Shown in pieces: positions 1-6,716 of a stretch of DNA of 42,793 nucleotides. The first letter of the stretch is position 1; each line of letters opens with the position of its first letter. The DNA lies in the NCBI GenBank assembly GCA_944384875.1, contig CALWVA010000001.1:1-42793 (forward strand). Direction: 5' to 3'. Both the position numbers and the translations under genes were made by a program. This DNA is from an uncultured Clostridia bacterium (GTDB lineage: Bacteria; Bacillota; Clostridia; Oscillospirales; Acutalibacteraceae). The notes under the pieces were generated by a model. That model was given only the letters and a program-made list of their open reading frames with translations, was not told the origin of the DNA and did no database searches.

Positions 1-266
1 TGTTGAAACGCTCCATATTTGCAACCATCCTTCCTGTTGGTCAGTTTGATTTGTGGTTTTATTTTAAAAGGGAACCGGCAGAATGTCAACTATAAAAATA
101 CACTTTTTCTGCTTTTTATCGCAGTGGCGGCAAATTACGGGGCATGTTCGGCCAGCCACCGGGATACTGCACAAGCAAGTCCGCCAAGGATGTTCGCGTG
201 TTGTGCCGGCGGTTTTCCCGTGTGTGCAGCTGCAAAATCAAAACGAATAAAAATCCGCAACGATTC

Positions 267-617
267 TTACAGGATTTGCGCCCATTGCTTTGGAGAAAAC
301 CCCACCAATACCCGGCTGCCGTCGGTCAAAATCGGCCGGCGCACCAGCATCCCGTCGGAAGCCAGTAACATCAGTTGTTCTTCTTCAGACAAACCCGGCA
401 GCTTGTTTTTAAGCCCCATGGATTTATACACCAGACCGCTGGTATTGAAAAACCGTTTCAATGGCAGCCCGCTGGCCTGATACCAGGCCCGCAGTTCATC
501 GAGGGCCGGCGGCTGGGTCTTGATATCCCGCGGGGTATAGGCGACGCCGTGTTCGTCCAGCCATTGGCCGGCCTTTTTGCAGGTTGTGCATTTTGGATAA
601 TGTAAAAATGTAAACAT
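267..617 (-). CDS. ArsC/Spx-family (YffB-like) thioredoxin-fold protein
   Basis: 116-aa ORF with an N-terminal FLHYPKCTTCKKA...WL..HGV motif and overall length typical of the ArsC/Spx/YffB family. An AAAGGAG Shine-Dalgarno lies 7 nt before the ATG. It starts 61 nt downstream of the rnfB stop with no obvious terminator between, so it is probably co-transcribed with rnf. Confidence 0.8.
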   Translation of the reverse strand: MFTFLHYPKCTTCKKAGQWLDEHGVAYTPRDIKTQPPALDELRAWYQASGLPLKRFFNTSGLVYKSMGLKNKLPGLSEEEQLMLLASDGMLVRRPILTDGSRVLVGFSPKQWAQIL

Positions 618-678
618 CGATTGGCTCCTTTGTGTTAATCTGCCGTTGGAATATTTCCCCCGGCCGCGCAGAAAAAAG

Positions 679-1464
679 TTATAGAATACAGCCGTTGGGG
701 CAGACCTCGGCGCATTTTCCGCAGGCGGTACACAGGCTGTCGTCGATCGTGGCTAAAAACTGTTCCACCTTGATGGCGCCGTGTTCGCAGGCTTTGACGC
801 ATTTCATGCAGCCGATACAGCCGGTTGTGCAGACGCTTCTGGTTTTGGCGCCTTTGTCATGGTTTACACATTTCACCGTCAGTTTGCGTGGCTCGGCGGT
901 CAGGGTAATCAGCCCTTTTGGGCACTGCCTGACGCATTTCCCGCAGCCGGTACAGGCGTTTCGGTCAATGTCCGCCAACCCGTTTTCAATCGAGATCGCG
1001 CCATACTCGCAGACGGCCAGACAGTCGCCCAGACCGATACAGCCAAACCGGCAGGCCTGTGGCCCGCCGAAGAGCTGATTGGCTGCCGCACAGCTTTGCA
1101 GCCCCCGATAGTCCTGTTTGAAAGCAGTTTTGTCCCAATTGCCCTGGCAGCATACCACCGCCGTTTTTTTGACAAAAGCCTGTGCCGATATGCCCAGCGC
1201 TTCGGCGAGCTGTGCTGCCGTTTTGGCGCCGCCCGGCGCACACAGGCCGGTTTGATCGGTTTTGCCGCCGGCCAGCGCCGCCGCATACCCGGCGCAGCCT
1301 GAAAAGCCGCATGCGCCGCAGTTGGCGCCTGGCAGCAGCGCCTGCAGTTTTTCAGCGGTTTCATCTTTTTGAACTGCTAGAACGATGGCTGCCACACTCA
1401 GAAGCAGTCCGGCCAGCAGCCCGATGCCGCCTACCAGCAGCACCGTCCATAAAATACCGTTCAA
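679..1464 (-). CDS. rnfB: Rnf electron-transport complex subunit B (polyferredoxin)
   Basis: N-terminal TM helix, a CGACGFSGC cluster, and several CxxCxxCxxxCP 4Fe-4S motifs (CTGCGKCVRQCP, CIGCMKCVKACE, CTACGKCAEVCP). It is the last gene of an rnfCDGEAB array. Confidence 0.9.
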   Translation of the reverse strand: MNGILWTVLLVGGIGLLAGLLLSVAAIVLAVQKDETAEKLQALLPGANCGACGFSGCAGYAAALAGGKTDQTGLCAPGGAKTAAQLAEALGISAQAFVKKTAVVCCQGNWDKTAFKQDYRGLQSCAAANQLFGGPQACRFGCIGLGDCLAVCEYGAISIENGLADIDRNACTGCGKCVRQCPKGLITLTAEPRKLTVKCVNHDKGAKTRSVCTTGCIGCMKCVKACEHGAIKVEQFLATIDDSLCTACGKCAEVCPNGCIL

Positions 1465-1479
1465 TGGTGATCCCCCTTT

Positions 1480-2070
1480 TCAGCCGAACAGACGGTCTGC
1501 CACGCCGGCAAAACCCAGAAACGACAACGATACCAGCGACGCTGCGATCAGCGTAATCGGCAGTCCCCTTAAAAATTTGGGGATATCGCAGCTTTCCAGC
1601 CGGCTGCGCACGCCGGCGAACAACACCATCGCCAGCAGAAAACCCAGCCCCGCGCCCAGCGCGTTGACCAGCGACTGCACATAGGTCAGCTCTTTGGTGA
1701 AATTCAGCAGCGTTACGCCCAATACCGCGCAGTTGGTGGTGATCAGCGGCAGATAGATTCCCAGCGCGTTATACAGCGGCGGCATGAACTTTTTCAATAT
1801 CAGTTCCACAAACTGCACCAGTGTTGCGATCACCAGGATAAACACGATAGTCTGCAGATATTCCAGCCCCCAGGGCACCAGCACCCAGGCGTACAGCGGA
1901 TAGGTCACCGCAGTGGACAATACCATTACAAAGGTGACCGCACAGCTCATGCCAAAGGCGGTGCCGGTCTGTTTGGAAACGCCCAGAAACGGACAGATGC
2001 CTAAAAATTTAGACAACACAAAGTTTTCAGATAAAATAGCGGCGACTAAAATCACAAGCAATTCTTTCAT
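1480..2070 (-). CDS. rnfA: Rnf complex subunit A
   Basis: 196-aa polytopic membrane protein. The N-terminus ...ILSENFVLSKFLGICPFLGVS is typical of RnfA/NqrE. Its position in the array fits. Confidence 0.92.
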   Translation of the reverse strand: MKELLVILVAAILSENFVLSKFLGICPFLGVSKQTGTAFGMSCAVTFVMVLSTAVTYPLYAWVLVPWGLEYLQTIVFILVIATLVQFVELILKKFMPPLYNALGIYLPLITTNCAVLGVTLLNFTKELTYVQSLVNALGAGLGFLLAMVLFAGVRSRLESCDIPKFLRGLPITLIAASLVSLSFLGFAGVADRLFG

Positions 2071-2744
2071 TTTACCGCCTCCCCGTTGTCACAGCCGGCG
2101 CAGCCCGCTGCGCCCGGGCAACCGTCGCAACCGGCGGACTGCGCCGGTTTTTTACCCAGTTTTTCGGCCAGCCGGTTTGCGCAGGCCACCAGAATACCAA
2201 ATACGAAAAAGCCGCCGGGGGCTAAAATCATCACCAGCATCGGCTCGATATAGCCTTTGGTGACCGCCAGCCCGAAGATGGTGCCTGCGCCCAGCAGCTC
2301 CCGGATGCTGCCCATCAAAATCAACGCGGCGGTAAAGCCGATCCCCATGCCGATAGCGTCCAGCGCCGACGGCAAAATCGGGTTTTTGGATGCAAACATC
2401 TCCGCCCGGCCGAGAATGATACAATTGACCACAATCAGTGGCAGATAAATACCCAGCGCTTCATCGATCGCCGGCATAAACGCCTGGATCAGCATCTGAA
2501 TAATGGTCACAAACGCGGCAATGATGGTGATATACGCCGGAATGCGCACCTTATCGGGAATCGCTTTGCGCAGCAGAGAGATCGCCACGTTGGAACCCAG
2601 CAGCACCAGCGTCGCGGCGACGCCCATGCCGATGCCGTTGACAGCGCTAGTGGTGACTGCAAGCGTGGGGCAGGTGCCCAATACCAGCCGCAATACCGGG
2701 TTTTCCCGAACGATGCCTTTTGACAGTTGTTGCGTCCATTTCAT
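2067..2744 (-). CDS. rnfE: Rnf complex subunit E
   Basis: 225-aa membrane protein containing NPVLRLVLGTCPTLAVTTS (RnfE/NqrD signature). It overlaps rnfA and rnfG by 4 nt each, consistent with translational coupling. Confidence 0.92.
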   Translation of the reverse strand: MKWTQQLSKGIVRENPVLRLVLGTCPTLAVTTSAVNGIGMGVAATLVLLGSNVAISLLRKAIPDKVRIPAYITIIAAFVTIIQMLIQAFMPAIDEALGIYLPLIVVNCIILGRAEMFASKNPILPSALDAIGMGIGFTAALILMGSIRELLGAGTIFGLAVTKGYIEPMLVMILAPGGFFVFGILVACANRLAEKLGKKPAQSAGCDGCPGAAGCAGCDNGEAVK

Positions 2745-3271
2745 GGCTGTGTGCCCTCCTGCTGTACCAGTGTCAGAACCTGATTGACCGCATCCCGGAC
2801 CGCGGCGGAGGAAATGGTCGCGCCGGTAACGGCGTCGATATTTTCACCCAGCTGCACGCTGCCGGAGATGCCCGAAAACTGCTGTTTGAACGCCGGCGCA
2901 TCCACATTCTGTCCTAGACCCGGCGTTTCATCGGCGCAGGAGACGATCTCGATCGCGGTAACCGTCTGCTGCAAATCAATGCCGGTCATGACCTCGATGA
3001 CGCCGCCATAGCCTTTGGCGCTGCCCGAGCCGACCCAACCGATCTGCGCGCCGTTTTGGTAAGCCGCATATAAGATCGCGCCATCGGCTTGTGTAACCTG
3101 TTCATAACGGTCGGCGGGCAATACCGCCGCCATCGCCTGTTCGGTTTTTTGCTGTTGCTGTGCGGCGATTCGGTCTTTGGTCACCTCGTTGGTCAGCGCC
3201 AGCGCGGCTGAGGCCGCTACACAGACGATCAGCAGCGCCAGGGTGGGAAACAGGATCTGTTTAATTTTCAT
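2741..3271 (-). CDS. rnfG: Rnf complex subunit G (FMN-binding)
   Basis: Signal-anchor MKIKQILFPTLALLIV... and a C-terminal AVTGATISS flavin-attachment motif. I chose the ATG at 3271, 1 nt after the rnfD stop. The ORF-track start at 3307 would overlap rnfD by 35 nt. Confidence 0.85.
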   Translation of the reverse strand: MKIKQILFPTLALLIVCVAASAALALTNEVTKDRIAAQQQQKTEQAMAAVLPADRYEQVTQADGAILYAAYQNGAQIGWVGSGSAKGYGGVIEVMTGIDLQQTVTAIEIVSCADETPGLGQNVDAPAFKQQFSGISGSVQLGENIDAVTGATISSAAVRDAVNQVLTLVQQEGTQP

Positions 3272-3272
3272 G

Positions 3273-4223
3273 CTACTGCGCCTGCCTTTCGGGTTTGCGG
3301 CTGCCAAAGGGCTTGCCGATGGTCAGCCGGTCGATATGGGGCGTGACGATATTCATAATGATGATCGAAAACGATACGCCCTCGGGGAGTGAACTGAAAA
3401 TTCGGATAAACGCGGTGATTGCGCCGCAGCCGACGGCAAAGATCAGCTTGCCTTTCCAGTTGATTGGCGTGGTGGCGTAATCGGTTGCCATAAAGATCGC
3501 GCCCAGCAGCAGCCCGCCCGATAAAATCTGCTCCAGTGGGTTATAGCCCGCCAAAAAGGTCAGCAGCCCGGTGGTGCAGACAAATACCACCGGCACCAGC
3601 GGCGTAATCACCCGGCGGATACACAGATAAACGCCGCCCAGCAGCAGCGCCAACGCACAGGTTTCGCCCAACGATCCGGCGTGCCGCCCTAAAAACAGCT
3701 CCATCAGTTCCGGCATCTGCGCGCTGTCGCCGGCTTTGGCGATGGCCAGCGGCGTGGCCGAGGTAACCGCGTCCACCGTCTGCTGCGCCAGCGGCAGCGT
3801 CCACTGGGACATGGCGGCGGTAAACGACATCATCAACACGATCCGGCCAATCAGCGCCGGGTTGACAAAATTCTGTCCCAGCCCGCCGAACAGCTGCTTG
3901 ACTACGATGATGGAAATAGCGCTGCCCAGCGCCGCCATCCACAGTGGGATAGTCACCGGCAAATTGTAAGCCAGCAACAGTCCGGTCACCACCGCGGATA
4001 AATCGCCGATGGTCGTATCCCGCCGCATGATTTTGCGGCTGATATATTCCGATAATACCGCGGCTGCAACGCAGACGGCCATGACCAGCAGACTGCGCCA
4101 GCCAAACAACGCGACGGCTGCCGCGCCGGCGGGCAGCAGCGCCAGAATCACATCCAGCATAATGCCCCGGGTCGAATCTGCCACGTGCAGATGGGGGCCT
4201 GCCGATACGATCAGTTGATGCAT
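3273..4223 (-). CDS. rnfD: Rnf complex subunit D
   Basis: 316-aa polytopic membrane protein with RnfD/NqrB-like sequence (...GAIFMATDYATTP...). Its position between rnfC and rnfG fits. Confidence 0.92.
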   Translation of the reverse strand: MHQLIVSAGPHLHVADSTRGIMLDVILALLPAGAAAVALFGWRSLLVMAVCVAAAVLSEYISRKIMRRDTTIGDLSAVVTGLLLAYNLPVTIPLWMAALGSAISIIVVKQLFGGLGQNFVNPALIGRIVLMMSFTAAMSQWTLPLAQQTVDAVTSATPLAIAKAGDSAQMPELMELFLGRHAGSLGETCALALLLGGVYLCIRRVITPLVPVVFVCTTGLLTFLAGYNPLEQILSGGLLLGAIFMATDYATTPINWKGKLIFAVGCGAITAFIRIFSSLPEGVSFSIIIMNIVTPHIDRLTIGKPFGSRKPERQAQ

Positions 4224-4260
4224 ATGTATGTCACCCTTTTTTGAATAAATCCCAAACTTT

Positions 4261-5592
4261 TCAGCGACGCAGCGCCTGTTTTGCCAGCCGCATCGACTGC
4301 ACTAGCGGCCGCCTGGCGGGGCACACATAGGCACAGCAGCCGCATTCCATACAGCTTTGTACGCCGTCTTTTTGCAGCCGGCCAATGTTTTCGGCCCTTA
4401 GATCGGTTTCCACGGTTACCGGCTGCAAGCCCATCGGGCAGGCTTTAATACATCTGCCGCAGCGGATACAGGCCGAAAAGGCCGGGGACTCGGCGTCTTG
4501 TTTATTCAGCGCCAGAATTGCGTTGTTCTGTTTTAATACCGGCAGCGTATCGTCGGGCAACGCGATACCCATCATCGGGCCGCCCATCAGCAGCTTGCCC
4601 GGCTCCTGTGCATAGCCGCCGGCAAAGGCGATCACATCTTTGATCGCAGTGCCGATCGGCACCCGCACGTTCATCGGACACTGCACCGCGCTGCCGTCGA
4701 CAGTCAGCCGTTTTGCCACCAGCGGCATGCCGGTCTGCAAATAGCGGCCGAGAGTTCCCACGCTGGTGACATTCATCACAATACAGCCCACGTCGGCGGG
4801 CAGCCCGCCTGGCGGAACCTTTCGCCCGGTAGCGGCGTAAATCGTCAGTTTTTCCGCGCCGCGGGGATACCGCGAAGCCACCCGCATCACCCGCACGCTG
4901 TTATCTGTATCCGCGCTGTCGGCAGCAATGTCGCACAGGGTTCGGATCGCCGCCGGCTTGTTGCTTTCTACAACAAAAATCACCTGCTGCACATCAGTAT
5001 ACCGCCGGATGGCGTACACGCCCCGCATAATGTCCTGGGCATTCTCCAGAATCTCCCGATTATCACAGGTGATATACGGTTCGCATTCGGCGGCGTTGAC
5101 GACCAGTGTGTCCACCGGCTTGCCGGGATTCAGCTTTATATAAGCCGGAAAGCCCGCGCCGCCAAGCCCGACCAGCCCGGCGTCTTTGACCGCCTGCAAA
5201 AACATCTCACGGTTTTCCACCACCGGCGGGCACACCGCATCTGAAACCGTCTGCTGCCCATCGGCTTCGATCTGCACTGCCTGGCAGCTCTGCCCGTTTG
5301 GCAGCAGCAGCTCTGTAATACCGGTGACCTGGCCGGATACACCGGTATGCACCGGGACACACATCCCGTCGGTGCAGTCGCCTACCCGGTCGCCTACCAG
5401 AACCCGGTCGCCCTTTTTCACACAGGGGATACACGGCCGTCCGATATGCTGCTGCATCGCGATGGTGACCTGCCCGGGCACCGGCAGCTCCACCGTCGCG
5501 CAGTCGGCGGTGTTTTTATAGTGTGGCACGCGGACGCCGCCGCGCACCCGCCTTTTCTGCCTGATCAATTCTTTTTTCGGATTGTGCGCCAA
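4261..5592 (-). CDS. rnfC: Rnf complex subunit C (NADH-binding, 2x[4Fe-4S])
   Basis: Motifs GLVGLGGAGFPAYIK, CIRCGRCIKACP and CMECGCCAYVCP. I placed the start at TTG 5592, 9 nt downstream of a GGGAGG SD (5602-5607). The longer ORF-track start (5652) and the ATG at 5619 lie inside or upstream of the predicted promoter -35/-10, so I disfavour both. Confidence 0.88.
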   Translation of the reverse strand: MAHNPKKELIRQKRRVRGGVRVPHYKNTADCATVELPVPGQVTIAMQQHIGRPCIPCVKKGDRVLVGDRVGDCTDGMCVPVHTGVSGQVTGITELLLPNGQSCQAVQIEADGQQTVSDAVCPPVVENREMFLQAVKDAGLVGLGGAGFPAYIKLNPGKPVDTLVVNAAECEPYITCDNREILENAQDIMRGVYAIRRYTDVQQVIFVVESNKPAAIRTLCDIAADSADTDNSVRVMRVASRYPRGAEKLTIYAATGRKVPPGGLPADVGCIVMNVTSVGTLGRYLQTGMPLVAKRLTVDGSAVQCPMNVRVPIGTAIKDVIAFAGGYAQEPGKLLMGGPMMGIALPDDTLPVLKQNNAILALNKQDAESPAFSACIRCGRCIKACPMGLQPVTVETDLRAENIGRLQKDGVQSCMECGCCAYVCPARRPLVQSMRLAKQALRR

Positions 5593-5623
5593 TGCCAGCG
5601 ACCTCCCTTTTATAATCATTTGA

Positions 5624-5652
5624 ATTATAACAGTTTCCGGTAGATATTGCAA
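5624..5652 (-). promoter_or_regulatory. sigma-A type promoter of the rnf operon
   Basis: On the minus strand: TTGCAA (5652-5647), a 17-nt spacer, then TGtTATAAT (extended -10, hexamer 5629-5624), directly upstream of the SD and TTG start of rnfC. Confidence 0.55.
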
Positions 5653-5925
5653 TCAAAATTATCCGCCGGGCGGGCGTGCGCTGACCGATGCAGCGAACCT
5701 TTTCAGACTGCGGCGTTTGACGGTGGTCAGGCGTCTGTTCTGGGCAAAATCCACAGCATTTGGCGATAAATTTATAAAAATTGATATTTTTAGATTTTAC
5801 CTGTTTCAATTTTTGCGTGAAGATGTTATAATAACAATAAATATGTAAAATCGCAGAATCAACCGGAAAAAGTTGGTGAAATGTGCGCCGCAGTTCCGGC
5901 TTTTTACGAAAGGATGGGCGTGTCT

Positions 5926-6678
5926 ATGTCAAAGCCGGCAGCCACAGACAACCAGTTGATCGCCGGACGCAACGCGGTGACCGAGGCGATCCGTTCCGGG
6001 CGGGCGCTGGAATATCTGCTGGTGGCGAAGGGCGCCGGCGGTTCGGCGCGGGGCATTATGGCGCTGGCCAGACAGCAGGGGGTCCCGGTCAAGGAGCTGC
6101 CCAGAAAAACGCTGGATGAAAAGCTGCCGGGCATCAACCATCAGGGGGTGGCGGCGCTGTGCAGCGCCGGGTCTTATACTGATTTGCAGGCGCTGATCGA
6201 CCGGGCGAAAGCCGCGCCGGGCGGTGGGCTGCTGCTGGTATTGGACAAGATCGAGGATCCCCATAATCTGGGCGCGATCCTTCGAACGGCGGAGGCCTCC
6301 GGCGCAAGCGGCGTTATTATTCCCAAACGGGGCGGCGTCGGGCTGACCGCCACGGCGGTCAAGGTGGCCAGTGGCGCGGCGGCATATCTGCCGGTGGCCC
6401 GGGTGCCTAATCTGGCGGCGGCCTGCGATACACTCAAGGAAAACGGTTTTTGGCTTTACGGCGCCGATATGGACGGCGAAGACTTGCGTCAGGTGCAGAT
6501 GTCCGGCCCGGTGGCGCTGGTGATCGGCTCTGAGGGGTTTGGAATTTCCAGGCTGCTCAAAGAGCGGTGTGATTTTTTAATAAAAATTCCGATGTTCGGG
6601 CAGATCAATTCGCTGAACGCTTCAGTGGCGGCGGGGATTCTGCTTTATAAAGCGGCGTTGGACCGCGCGGCGCTTTAA
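5926..6678 (+). CDS. rlmB: 23S rRNA (guanosine-2'-O-)-methyltransferase, SpoU/TrmH family (RlmB-like)
   Basis: ...IAGRNAVTEAIRSG..., LLVLDKIEDPHNLGAILRTAEA, LVIGSEGFGISRL and IPMFGQINSLNASVAAGILLY are the SpoU-family motifs plus the RlmB N-terminal substrate-binding domain. The start is uncertain: ATG 5926 sits 12 nt after AAAGGA, and in-frame alternatives exist at 5881 and 5914. Confidence 0.85.
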   Translation: MSKPAATDNQLIAGRNAVTEAIRSGRALEYLLVAKGAGGSARGIMALARQQGVPVKELPRKTLDEKLPGINHQGVAALCSAGSYTDLQALIDRAKAAPGGGLLLVLDKIEDPHNLGAILRTAEASGASGVIIPKRGGVGLTATAVKVASGAAAYLPVARVPNLAAACDTLKENGFWLYGADMDGEDLRQVQMSGPVALVIGSEGFGISRLLKERCDFLIKIPMFGQINSLNASVAAGILLYKAALDRAAL

Positions 6679-6716
6679 CGCCGGCAGATTTTTTGTGAAA
6701 GGACTGGTTTTCGGCT

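Noticed and set aside
19-480. 153-aa plus-strand ORF at the window start.
   Set aside because: It is antisense to the ArsC/Spx-family gene, has no SD and has an implausible sequence. I could not support any gene in 1-266 on either strand.
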